Shown piece after piece: positions 46,869 through 59,464 of a stretch of 64,000 nucleotides of DNA. A program made the position numbers and the translations under genes. The stretch comes from Pelagomonas calceolata (taxonomy: Eukaryota). The stretch is from contig CAKKNE010000005.1 in assembly GCA_918797485.1 (NCBI GenBank), positions 496,001 through 560,000 on the forward strand, given 5' to 3'. Numbering within the stretch: the first letter of the stretch is position 1; each line of letters opens with the position of its first letter. The notes under the pieces are model-generated. The model had not been told where the DNA came from. It searched no databases and saw nothing but the letters and a program-made list of their open reading frames with translations.

Positions 46869-49800
46869 CTAGACCTCCGACGCCTCCTTGAGCGCCTTGT
46901 CGCGCACGGCCTCGACCTTCTCCACGGCGCCCTTGATGACCTCGTCCTCGGGGAACAGCTTGAGCACCCTTAAAGCATCATCAATCGCCAAAGCTTCCAC
47001 AGCTCTTTTAACCATGGCCGAAGCTTTGGATTCGGCGTCCTTCGTGTACCTCAACCTCTCGTCGCCGGACTTGTCCGAGGCTAACTCTAATAAAGCTCGG
47101 ATGGACCGCAACTCCACCAAACACTCCGTACTAACGTCGCACCGAGCTTTGAGGTCCGCATCTTGCGCGTTCGCGAAACACGTCTTCGCTTGGGCTAACC
47201 TAGCCTTGGCTTGGGTCGGCGGCGCCATGGGGTCGTCGGCGGCCTCCGCGGCGACGCGAGCGTTCAATGCTCCGCGACTGCGCCACTCGTCGCCGGAAAC
47301 AGGACGCACCGTCTCGCCATCCTCGTCCGAGTCCTCGCCACCAACGCGAGGGGCCGCCTTCTCCGCTAAGGCACTGCGACCCTGCTCCGCGGCCTGGAGG
47401 AAGAACTTGCTCGCATCCTTGGCCGCGCCGACGGTGTCCGTTTCTAAGACAACTAACTTCGACCGGCAGCGCGTCAGAGCCGTGTACAACACCTTCAGAT
47501 CTCTCTCAAGAGCTCGGTTCTCCCCGACCTTGTGGTTGATGCCCTGCAGGCCATCGCCGCGCGCCGCTCGCAATAGCTCCCTCCACCCCTTCATCTTCTC
47601 GTCGCGCGCGCTGCCGAAGAAGTCCACCAGCACGACCGCATCTCGCTCGAGACCCTTGAACTCCTGGACGGAGAAGGCCCTACTACCGTACTCTTCGTTC
47701 TCGATCAGTGAAGCGCACTCGAACGCTCCGGACACGTCTTTGAGCTTGTCTCTCCGGTCCTTCTTGATCTCGTCCCGCAGCTTCTTGAGAGCAGTCTGAC
47801 GAATAGCCTTCTGGGCCTCGTCGACGTCGTCTTCCGTAGACTGGCCCTTCTTGGCCTTCTTCCTACGATCTCTGACCATCTTCTTATGTTTCTTGATGTC
47901 CGCGAGGCTTACCTCGTCGGTGATCGACTTGCACTGGTCATCTAAGTACGCATCAATAACCAACTGGCGCTCCTGCTTCGAGTGCGGCAGCGGTGGTGGG
48001 GGTAGAACAACAGCGGGACCCTCGTCAGGGACGTTCTGAATCGCTTCGTCCTCGGTAGGTGTGGGCGGCAGCGCGGCTCGCGCCTCGTCGACCTCGACCT
48101 CCGTCGTCGGTCTCGCGCGCTCGTCCTCGATGTAAGCTTGGAGAGGTTTTGGCGCGTGTCTCGCCTCGAAGGCCGCGAGTCTCTCGACGTTGTTCTTGGC
48201 GCGCCTGACCGCCGCCTTCATGTCATCTTTACTAGCGTAGTCCTCTTTTCTAGGAGCCGGGGGCACCGTCCGGCGCTGGGGCGGCGGCGGCGGCGGCCGA
48301 ACAGCAGCCGGTCGCTGCGCCGCGTCCTGGAGCTGCCTCGCTAAACTCGCATTAATACCAAGCTCGCCGAAGTCGTCGGGCTGCATGATCGTCAACACTT
48401 CACTATCAACACCTTCAGCCTCCATCGTCGCGCAGAGCGCGTCGGCAGAGCCCCGATCCCCAACAAATTGTCTAACTAATTCCTGGACCGACGGCGGGCC
48501 CGCTACTTGCGGCGGTCGTCGGGCGTGCTCCGCTCTAGCTCTTTCATAATCCTGGTCGGCACTCGCGACGAGCTGCCTGTGCTCCTCGACCGCCCGGTTA
48601 TAAGCTTCGTCGGCGCGCTGCATATATTCTCTCTGCGCAGCAGCACCGGCGGCCTTCTGCGCGGCTTGGTGCTCCTGTTGGGCGCGGTTTCTTCCAGAAT
48701 CTTCGTCCTGCTGGCGCCGACTCGTCGCCCTCTGCACTAAACGAGAGTCGCGCGTCGCCCGCCGCTGCAGCGCTTCTCGAGCCTCAGTACGTAACTTCCT
48801 CTCGTCGTCCTTCCACTCCTTGCGTCTTTTAGCGAGGGCCTTCGTCCGCTTGTCCTTTTCCCTTCGCGCGTCGTCATACTCCTTCTTCTGGGCCTTGCGG
48901 CTCCGCATCTCCTCGTCGGCGTGCTGTTCGGCCGCCTCTGACAAGTCTCGCCTTCGCTGGTCGTAGCGCTGGGCCGCGTCGGCGACGCCGCCGGCCGCGG
49001 CGGACTCCTCGTCCGCGATGCGCAGCACCTCCGCGCGGCGCCGGGCGACCTCCTCCGACTCCTCGCTCAGCAGCCGCTGGGCCGCTTCCAACGCGTCCGC
49101 CCTGAATAACAACACCGCTCGACTATCCACATCTCTGAGATACTCCTTGTACGTCGCGAAAATGGGTCTAGGGCCCAAGGCTACTCCCGTATCCGAATCG
49201 GTCTTGTCTACCGCTGTAGGAAAGGCGTGATACACCAAGTCCAACACAGCGTTGGCCGCACCTAAAACACCAGCGTGCGCTCGGTAGTTCTTCGTGAGCT
49301 TCCGCAGCTTCGAGGCACTACCCGCGTTAACAGTAGTAGTCTTGTTCTCGAGCTTGAGCGCTCTAGCACCTTTGAAGCCGTTCTGTTTAGACATAGTAGC
49401 GACCTTCTCCCGCAGCTCGAAGATGGCCTGCCGCAGGTCTTGAAATCTAAATGCTACTCCATCTTGTATGGCTTGTGCCGTATCTCCACAGCAATATAAC
49501 CTCTCAGGATCGCCGCCCACAGCTAAGAGTAACACAGCTAATGAAGCTTGCGTCATGTCCTGGACCTCGTCCACATACGCGCGATCAAATGGTGCTGGGC
49601 GTGCATTGCTCCTGGCGACGAAGCCGTCTCGTAAAGCTCGCTGCACCAACGCCACTTCGCGATCGCAGGCGTCCCACCTCTCCTGGTCACTCAGATAGTT
49701 TTCATAAGATTTGAACACTTGGTAGGCCCGCTTCCTCAGACCCACGTCCATGCCCAGCGTTCGGCGGCCGCCCCAAGCTTCAGATAAATACTGCTGTTCC

Positions 49801-52800
49801 GTCAACGGTTCTCCCGAGAACAGAGCACCGATAGAACCCTTCAAGAAAGATTTAATTTGGGTCCAGCACGTATCTGGTTCCGGTTTATTAGTAACAGTAC
49901 ACACTTCGCGGTGCCAGCGCTCGAAGGTCGCAAAGTCGACGTACTTGGAGGCGTCCCACGTGGCCTTCTGCGGCCGTCGAATATCTTCATCACTATCGGT
50001 GTCGGAATCATCATCATCGGAGGAATCCTCTACCGTAATTTCGCCCGCGTCGCGCTTGGCTCTATACAATACTCCAGTCCTCCTCTCGTTGTCATCGACG
50101 TCGTCCTTCCGGTAGAACCTTCTACGTCGGACCGGCGTGCGGTCGTGCCACGGCTTTGAGGCAGGTAACGGCTTCAATTGCGCCTCGAGGAACGGGAGTA
50201 ACGAATCGTCGGCAGTAGATTTGGCCGTAGCATCCAGGTACGTCGGCTTCGCTACGGATTGCGGTGACGGCGCCTTCCCCTCGTCGTCGAGCAACGCCGC
50301 TCGGACGGCCTCCTCGACATGTTTCCTCAGTTTCCTACTCCGCGTCGCGAATAGTAACTTTTCAGACGGGTTCTGCCGGGAGTCCCGCGCGATGCGCGCC
50401 ACGATGCAGTGGGTCTTGCCCGTGCCGCTCCGCCCGAGGACCATGGCCGGCGCGTTCGCCTCCTGGACCGCGGCTTGCTCTTTCGTCGTCAGTCGTAGCG
50501 AGGGAGACCACTTCTCGGGCGGTGACCCTTGGGCCATCTTCTCGAGCACATCAACCCGACAGCTCCAGAGCTTCATGGGTCTGTTTTTGCCGGGGTGGAT
50601 CAACACATCATCATCGTCGAGCGTGAGATACGGTTCCGACGACTCTACTAATTTACCTTTATCTGAAGCGCGTCGGTCGAGCGCCTGCTTGATGCCCTCG
50701 CACGTCGAATCGACACTCCCAGTGCGCACGCAGCACCAGGCGAGACACCGTAATCCACCATCAGACGCTTTGGTCGCGCTCCAGACGAGGCGCATCGTGT
50801 CATCTAACAGTGCAATTCGAACACCAAATTCTTTGTACTGAGGATGGGCCGCACGGCACCAGGACCCGTCGCTCCCTTTGGCTAAGCTTGCGAGCACCTC
50901 CAGTAGTCGCTTGCGCCAATTGGCGTTGGCTCGGGACGCGTACCAGTCCCGCACGCGATCGGCGACGAGCAAAGGTTGTGAAGAGGCGTACAGGCCCTCA
51001 TCCTCGACCACGGGATAGACCGTGCCGGCGTGTTGTCCCTTAGGATTGAGTGCATTGGGCGCACCCAATGAAGGCGTCTCGTCGCGCAGCAGTTGCGCGT
51101 CCGCCGCCTCCTGGACGCCATAATGCGCCGCCAAGTCCGCCCACGGTAGTGCTCTCGTAAGGGTCTCGGCGTCCTTCTGCAGGGCCTTGGCGCAGGCCTT
51201 GCGCGCGGGATCCCACAACGCGAGGCGCCGGTCCCTTTCCCGATTCCGCGCCGCCTCGCGCTCGCGCTTGGCTTTCCGCTTCAGATCCTCGGCGCGCTGG
51301 CGCTCCTGCTGCTCGCGCTTCGCCTTGTCCTTCGCTTCTTTTTTGCCTGCGCGGGAACGACGGCTCTCTCGCGCAACGCGTAGACTCTCACGTGATCATG
51401 ACGACGGCGTCGCGGCGACGTCGCATCGCGTCGAAGCCACGTTCAAGGTCATTTTCTGCGCTGTACACGGACGGCGGCGCTCGTCCTCGGCGCGCGCGGC
51501 GACCCTTTGCCTTTCCGCGGCCTCCTGGGCCTCTCTCGCTTCTCGAGCTGCTTTCGCCTCCGGATCTTCGGCGTGCAACGCGTCGTTCAAGCGCTGCTGC
51601 TCGGCCGTCAACGATTCGTCCCGCGGCGGCGCCGGCGCGGGCGTCGGCTGAATAACAGGTGAAGACGGCGCCGACACATTATCAAAGCCCTTCGCCGGCC
51701 GCTCGGCATCAGGACCATAACACGGCTTCTCGTAGTAGGACAGATACAATTTCGGGTCCGGGTCGCGCGCGCAGGCCTCCTTTTCCCTAGCCTGTTTACG
51801 AGCGTCGTCCGCATTAATAAAGCCCGCGGCCCGCCCCTCGCACAGCCCCAGCCTGAACAATTCGGACGACGTCATGATCTTGTCAAAACCCGCTTCGGCT
51901 GTGTAGAATCTAGCGACCTCGGCGATGGCTACGGCATCGTCACCGGCCGGTAACGTGTCCGCCCGCGCCCTCGCTTCATCACACTTCGCTAAGAGCGCTT
52001 TGGCCCAAATCACGACTTCCGCGTCGAACTGCGGCAGCTGCTTCTCCGGGAAACCGTGTGAGACCTTCGCCTTCTGCGCGGCCTCGACCAAATCCTGGAC
52101 GTAGTCGGCACCTTGCCGCAGACCTTCCGACGTCTGCATCGTTGACAACTGCTTCGCGGCCAATCGAGCCAACCGAGCCAGCGCCAAAAATAGACAGGTC
52201 TTCGCCATATCCGAACCAGTCAGCTCCTTGTTCTTCGAGAAGGCCTTGTTCATCTCTCTGGCTTTCCCACATTCATCCTTGGAAGACGGTAAATTAACAC
52301 TATCACCTCGCAGTTCATAAGCGTACAAATGGCAGGCCCTAATAGCTTTTTCCAGCGCTTCGCGCTGCCGGGTAATGTCCGCATCTGTTAACTCACTAAA
52401 TTTCTTGCTCGTCTTGGGGCCGTCCTCGGGGCCGTACCTTTCGGCCTTTTCTTCCCTCTTGTTGCCCCGGAAGTCGGGGCCCATGCAGAAGCCGAGCTCC
52501 ATCAGGCAGCCCAGGCGGTACATGAGCTCCTCGCGCCGCTGCTTCTCGAAGTTGAGGCGGTTCGGGCCTTGGCCCGCGAGCGTCCGCAAGATCCGACAGA
52601 TCTCGGGAGATAAGATAGCCCCGAGCACCTCGCTTATAAATTTGTGGCAGGGCTCGTCGGCCTTAAACTCCGTGTCGATCTCGTCGTCGCGCGCCCGCGA
52701 GAAGCAGGTCTTGTCGACGCGCTTGAACAGCGGCGTGCCGTCCATGACCTTGCCCTCGACCACCGCGCCCGCTCTCAGTAGGACTTCGATCACATTCAAA

Positions 52801-54032
52801 CTGTGACTGCGGACAGCTAACTCGAGAGGCGCACCGGAGACTCGCTGCCCGGCAGTAGCTTGCGTCTGGTCCGACGTCCGCGCCAAGGCTAACCCAACGT
52901 GCTTCATTTCTATAGTACAGGGCAAGTCCGGATCCGCGCGCCACCTCCCACTATAGACGGCGGGGCACTGGCCCGGGTCCTGGTGCGCAATCAGCAGTTT
53001 CAGGGCCGTTTCTTTGGTAGGGACACGTCTTGATACTAAGTACTGCTTGTTGTCCGACATGGTCTTCTCGAAGGGTCCCAGGGACTCGGCGTAGCCGTGG
53101 GCCTCGTCCCAGAGTCGTAGCGAGCGGACACATCTGTACACATCTCCTGTCACGTCCGCGGCCTTCTCGTACGGCTCCTCGGTTCTGAAATAAGGTCTGA
53201 TCCCGCCCACAGGGTCGCCCTGGGCATTTGCATATCGTAGGTTGTGTCCTAATAGGACCTCAGCTACATCAGCAAAACCAGAAACACACGCAACACCAAG
53301 AGCGGTCGCGCCGCAAGCGGCCGCCGCGTCGGGATCCGCGCCGCAATGCAACAAAGCTAACAACACCTCCGTGTTGTCTCGTCTAGCTGCCGCAACTAAT
53401 GGTGTGTCTTCCACAAATTTGTCGGACGTCATGGGCCAGAACACTTTGTTCGCGTGCTCGCCGTGGAAGTCCTTCGAGACGACGACGCCCTTGACCAACG
53501 AGATTGGTGCGAGTGGCGCCAACGGTTCGTAGAACGACGCCGTGCAATTCAACAGAGCGGGGATGACGTGGGGCGGGCACTTTTTCAGGATGTCGATGAC
53601 GTGATCTAACAAACCGTAATGGGCCGCGAAGACCAACGCGCAGTTCACGACGCCGCCGTCCTTATCTTTACTAGTACCGTCCCGCGCTCGCTGCAAGATC
53701 TCCGTCACCTCGGTATCCCCGTCCATGCCGATTCGTTCTGACGCGTTCGCGGTGGACCGGAAGTGGAGCTCATCTAACGCTCTTCTCGCTACTCTGGCGG
53801 CGGCCGCTAAACTATTGGATGACTTGCCGAGCGTCTGGTCTCGCTCAGCCAGTGCTCTTTCGGCGACGACGACTCGCGCCCGGCGCCACTGGTCCCTGTA
53901 CTCCTGGTCCTTGCGTTTTTTTTCTCTCAATTCTGGGGGACACGCCTCGGACTGCTGGATGGCCTGGCAGGTCTCGCAGTCCTCCAATCGCATAAAGCCG
54001 TGGCGGCAGCCGGGCTTCGTCTCCGGTTGTAT

Positions 54033-54065
<33 letters not shown>

Positions 54066-54308
54066 CGGCGCGACGGCCACCGCGGGCGCGGACGGCGGCT
54101 CGCGGCGCGGCGGCCGCGGGTCCGCGCCTTCATGGTCGGACTCGCTTTCGCTCGACGACGCCGAGGCGAGGTCGGGCAGGCTCGAGTCGCTCGCCGAGCT
54201 TTCCGAGCGGCGCAGCGGCGGCATCCTTGGGCCGCCGTCGGCGTTCGCGTGGCCGTTCTGCTGCTGCGCGTGGCCGTTCTGCGCGCTCCGGGCGGCTCGC
54301 GGGGGCAT
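46869..54308 (-). CDS. Giant ankyrin + SF1 (UvrD-like) helicase protein, TRANK1-like, ~2,440 aa; intron 51347-51472
   Basis: Ankyrin motifs (DTPLVAAARR, GATALGVAC, APLELAV). Helicase motifs GRSGTGKT, YVDEVQD, GDTAQAI, LTKNYRAH, FKGLE, LYTALTRCR. The two ORFs are in the same frame and are joined by a 126-nt GT-AG intron that contains a stop. Confidence 0.85.
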
Positions 54309-54582
54309 TTAGCTGCCTTTGACCGAGGTAGGGGTACTTTGCCCGCGCGCTTCGCTTAGGCGCCGCGAGCTCGCTCTGAGTGCTGTCAGCTCTTCAGGGA
54401 CCTATAAGCGATCCCCCAGAGCTCCAGCTATTCAAACTGGGCGTTCCTCGTGTAGAGCGCGCAAGACGCAAGGCGAACTTGAGGTAGCGTAGTGACACAC
54501 TAGCAACTAGCCTTAGCCCTTGCGTCCTAGTCCAGCCGGACGGGTGGGCCCGGGGGGAGCGGGAGGGGTACGGGGAACCCTG

Positions 54583-54651
54583 CGACGTAACTAGCCTCAG
54601 CCTCAGCCTAGCCTCAGCCTCGCGACGTAACTAGCCTGAGCCTGATCCTGA
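54583..54651. repeat. Short compound repeat (gcgacgtaactagcct x2 with AGCCTC/AGCCTG hexamers)
   Basis: Seen directly in the intergenic / 3' region. Confidence 0.8.
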
Positions 54652-54693
54652 GAGTGACCCCTGATTACGTAACAAGATTTCATATGACGCACA

Positions 54694-56354
54694 CTAAATA
54701 TCCAACCTAACTGAAGCAGACTTGGCCCAGCCCATGATCCTTCGACCGTCCAACTTGATCTTGATCGCAACAATGCGACGCGGCCGTGGCCCGTGCGACA
54801 CCGTCGGCTTCGGCGTCTGCGCGCCCGTGGCCCGCCAGGCCGCGATGGCGTCCCGGCACTCGTCGGACCTCTTGAGCTGCTCGACGTACCCCGGCCCCCG
54901 AGAGGACCCGCCGGCTACATCATACAACGCGCGGCGCGCCTTCGCGAGGCGGGCGTCGGTGATGTCCTGGCCTTTTACGAGTAACGTCCCGTCGCCGCCG
55001 CGGACGACGAAACAGATGCTACTGCAGAGCGTCGACCGGTGGGTGACGTAGCCATCTAACAAAAAGAACCGATCCGGTCGGAACAGGGTGTTCAAGCCGC
55101 GGGCGTGCGGCACCTTCTCCGACTGCCCGTCGCCGTCGCGCCGCAAACCATCCAGATGTAAATTGGCGGCGAGTCGCCCCGCGTCCCTGAATAAGGCTCG
55201 TAGGCCAGGGTGCTCGCGGGAGAGCCGCGCGAGCATGACGTCGCCCGCGGTCTGCACCTTCACTAACAACTCCCTATCAATCTTGTAAGCCGTGGGCCTG
55301 CGTGAGGCGTACGCCGTCGCGAAATTCGCGGCCGCGTCGACGGCGTCGACGCGACGATGGCGTCGCGTCGACGCGTCGATGGCGTCGCATCGACGGCGTC
55401 GCGTCGATGGCGTCTCGACTTGAAGTGGAAGTTCTACACAGAAACGTACAAAATCTTCCCCGACATCGGGTCCTCGAGCTGCAATTCCAGTCCGAGGCTC
55501 CGCGGATCGTCGAGAGCCGCCCGGATCATATTTCCATAGTCATAGGAAAAGGCGGTATTTGAACAAGACAGGTTCCGGTCGCTGCGCAAATACGAGAGGG
55601 GGCCGCACGCCTCCAATGCCTTCTTCACCGTCGCCGCGCCGTACTGCCTCCGCCGCTCCTCGTTGCGTAGCTGATCGATCGTTTCCTGGTCGCGCTGCCC
55701 GCCGAATTTGCACCCGGGACCGTTGCAGTCCTTCGAGTCGAGCCCCGCCATTAAGACAGCGTCTCGACCACATCCAGATATATCGGCGGCGCCGGGGACG
55801 TCCTCGGCCGTGGCCGCCCAGGCCTCCAGCTTCGCGCCGCGGGCGAACGAGAAGTCCTCCTTCTGCTGGAAGAGGCCCTGGAGAACGTACGCCTTCAATA
55901 TCCGCACATTGAACGGCTGGCGCGACACGTCGACGTAACGCAGGTCTAGTTTATTATCAAACGCCCACAGGGCGGCGAGAAGGAATGCCAAAGTAGTGGC
56001 AAGGGGCCCATCAGTCTGGAGGCGCTGCCATTTCGCGACGCCGAGGGCGAGCGCCTCGCCGCGGCCCTTGGGATGAGCTAATAAACGGAGCTGCTCGCGG
56101 CTGAATTCGGCGGTCTTCTGCAGCGCGCGCGGCAGGTCTTGCTCGTCCGACACGCAGCATAGGTATTTGTTCGTCCAGGGGTCCCCGAGCTTGAGACGGG
56201 CAGTCCAGCCCTCCTTCTGGGTTGTAAGGCATGTTAGCCATTTGTATTGTTCTAGCAAGTCGCAGACGCTCTTCTCATCCGAGTTATATCGGGGCGTTCG
56301 CTGCGCGACGCTATGCACTGGCTGCTCGGCCAGCGGCACCCTAATTGACGCCAT
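54694..56354 (-). CDS. Hypothetical protein; intron 55298-55449
   Basis: A GT-AG intron joins the ORFs in frame (GKIL|PTAYKIDRELLVK). No family was recognised. Confidence 0.65.
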
Positions 56355-56594
56355 TTTAGGCACCGCGCCAGATCGTCCTCCCGCCGTGTGGGCAAAATGG
56401 GCGATCGGTCCGAGCCGTGAACGAGGTACTAGGAGCCGTTCGGATGACTAGTGGCGTGTCCGGAGGCGTAGCGATTTCGTCGTGTGGGGTGTGAGCCAAA
56501 GCGACACAACAAGCCGAGGTAAGCCTGCAGGAGAGCCTCCCGGGGATCAGAACGCCCTGGAGCCGCAGACGCTCGTTCGAGCTCAGCATAATCC

Positions 56595-56617
56595 GGTAGC
56601 GGCATAAAGACACTAGC
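56595..56617 (-). promoter_or_regulatory. Recurrent upstream motif (variant)
   Basis: ggtagcggcataaagacactagc, upstream of 54694-56354. Confidence 0.55.
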
Positions 56618-56699
56618 AAGCATCCCTGGGCTTCGGGAACTTGTGCTGTTTCTTTTTACACCTACCCTCCCTGAGCTCGCGCACGGCTTGGAAGTACAA

Positions 56700-56784
56700 T
56701 GCTAGGACTAGTGGGCGGAGCCCCTGGGGGGAGGCACCTGTCTTAGAATACCCACGGCACGGACGCCACCCACGAGTCCTAGCA
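56700..56784. repeat. 19-bp imperfect inverted repeat (hairpin or MITE-like)
   Basis: tgctaggactagtgggcgg pairs with ccacccacgagtcctagca (2 mismatches), flanked by gtac / gtac. Confidence 0.75.
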
Positions 56785-56888
56785 CCGTACGGAAATACGA
56801 CGCGTGCCCCGAGACGCCGTCGCCGCGCGCCCCTACTACAGTGATAAGCAAGGTATCTTGTGTACACGGGGAGGCAGCGCCCCGAAAC

Positions 56889-58913
56889 CTAGAACTCGAG
56901 GCCCACCGAGTTCACGTCGTCCCGCCCGGCCTTCTTCTTGTCCGCGTCGACGTCGAAGGACGCGTCGTAGGCCGCCGTGTGGACGCCTACCGAACGACCG
57001 CTCTGGTCCGCCCGGCCCCGGAACGACGCGTCCCAAGCTAATGCCCTTTCGGTAGAACACGCAATGGACTTGCCCTCGGGGATCGTGCGCGCCGCCCCGA
57101 GCGACGGGTAGATCCCATCAAAGATCTGGCGGTAGTAATACGCTTCCTTCGTCGCCGGCGTGTTGTACGGGAAGCGATGTTTGGCCACCGCGAACTGGTG
57201 GTCCGACACCTGCGCGTCGGCGTGATCTCGGAGCGCGTCGATCCAGCCATACCCGACGCCATCACTAAACTGCTCCTTCTGCCTCCATAATATGTCTGCT
57301 GGTAAGTAGGGATCGTCCGGCGTGTCGAAGGCCTTGCGCAGGATGTACTTCTCGATGCGGCCCTTGCTCACGTCGATCATTTTTTCTTTCGGGTCGATGT
57401 TCATGGCCACTTCCAAAAAATCGGCATCGAGGAAGGGTACCCGAGCCTCGACGCCCCAGGCCATCGTGCTCTTATTGGCGCGGAGGCAGTCGTAGATGTT
57501 GAGCTGGGCCACTTTGTCAATTAATTCGGCGTGGAGCTCCTGCTTGTTGGGGGCCTTGTGGAAGTAGAGGTAGCCTGCTAGTATTTCATCGGCGCCCTCG
57601 CCCGACAGGACCATCTTCACGCCCATGGCTTTAATTTTGCGCGACATGAGGAACATGGGAGTGGCCGCTCTGATGGTCGTGACGTCGTACGTCTCGAGAT
57701 GATGGACGACCTCGGCCACCGCGTCCAAGCCTTCTTGTAGAGTAAACGTGTAGGGGTGGTGCTGCGTGCCGATGTGGTCTGCCGCTTTCTGAGCAGCTTC
57801 GAGGTCCGGCGAGCCCTTCAGTCCCACGGAGAAGCTATGGAGCTTCGACATCCACGAACTGGCGCCTTCGCCCTGCGCCTTGCGCGTGAGTGTTCTCTGG
57901 GCGACACTCGCGACGAGGGAAGAATCGAGACCTCCAGACAACAAGACGCCCCACGGCACGTCGGACATCATGCGTCGCTCCACCTGTGTGGCACGGACGC
58001 CGTCACGAGGCGCGTAGACTCTCTCGTGTGATCATGACGACGCCATCGTGGCATCGCGAGGACGCCATCGCCGCGACCGCGTCAGGTTCAAGTTCAACGA
58101 AGACGCTGAGTCACTGACGGCCTTGACGAAGGCCTCCCGTAATTTCGTAAAGTCGCAGGGCGTCGACGGCAAGACGCCCGACCGCCACGTCGGGGCGTAC
58201 CACAGGGCGTACTGCTGCGTGTCGCTCCGCCAGCAGTGGCCCGGCTTGAATTGTTCGACGTCAGGACAGTCTCTCGCCAACGATTTCATCTCCGAGGCGA
58301 TCCAGACCGACCCGTCACTACCTCTGCCCAAGTATAATGATGTAATACCAATATGATCTCTAGCCGCTCCATAAAAGCCCGTCCTTTGGTCGTAGATGAT
58401 GAACGAGAACATACCCCTCAGCAGGCTACAGGCCTTTTCCAGGCCGAACTTGACGTAGAGCGGGATGAGCACCTCGCAGTCGGAACCGGTGTTCGGCTCG
58501 TAGGGCACGCCCTCCTTCTTCAGTAACTCATACAGCTCCTTGTAATTATAAATCTCGCCGTTCGCGGCCACGATGATGCTCCCTTCCTCGATGCCGGCCT
58601 GTTTGCACTCGGCCGCAAACAACGGTTGCGCGCCGCTCTCGGGGTCGATGATGGCTAATCTCTCATGCGCGATCGCATGTTTTGCGGCGCCCCGGACGCC
58701 ATGCTCGGCAATGCACAGTCGCTGGAGGGACTCGGACGACGCGTGCTGGCCGGCGCCCAGCTCCTGCTTGTCCTTGCCCTGGGAGATGAGCTGGTAGCCG
58801 CTCCAATCAGGACCTCGGTGTCTCATGCGTCGCGCGCATTCTATCAACTTCGCTCGTAGCGTAGATTGCGTCGTGCCCGGGGCGACGTCGAAGATGCCGA
58901 GGATGCCGCACAT
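56889..58913 (-). CDS. ASNS: Asparagine synthetase (glutamine-hydrolysing); intron 57984-58118
   Basis: MCGI N-terminus, [62 protein letters not shown]. Confidence 0.96.
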
Positions 58914-59464
58914 GGTTTTAACTGCTGCTGTTGTCTCTGTTACTGCGACGCGCCTGCTTCGCGCTGCCTGAGTGCTGCTCGCTTTGCCTGCTTTGCTGCT
59001 GCAATCGCTTGGCTTTGCTGCGTCCGCGCAATCTCTTGCGCGCTTTTCAGCGGTGCGTGTGCGCTGCTGCTGCGTCGATACGCAACTTCTACGATGCTTG
59101 CGCCTCACTTGACGCAAAGACGAGTCGCTGCAAATGCAACTTTCGAGCGCCGGAGAGCGGAGGTTAGAGGGCTCCACACGGCGTATGCTACCCTTGAACG
59201 CCCCGCCAGACCCGTCAAGAAGGGGGAGCGAGCGCGGCCGGAATTTCGCACGGGTTTCGCGCGCTCATGGTCGGCCAGTTTTGGGCCTCCAGGCATCGCA
59301 GCGCTGCTCCAAGTGTTGGATTTTACGGCCCCAGGTGATATCGTCATCGCTGCGCTTCAGTGCACTCGCAGCGAACCAGCCGCAAGCTGCAGACTGTGCG
59401 GGAGAGCAGGAGTGCTCTCCGCGCTGCCAGCAGCACCACACGACTGCGACAGAGACACGCAGCC

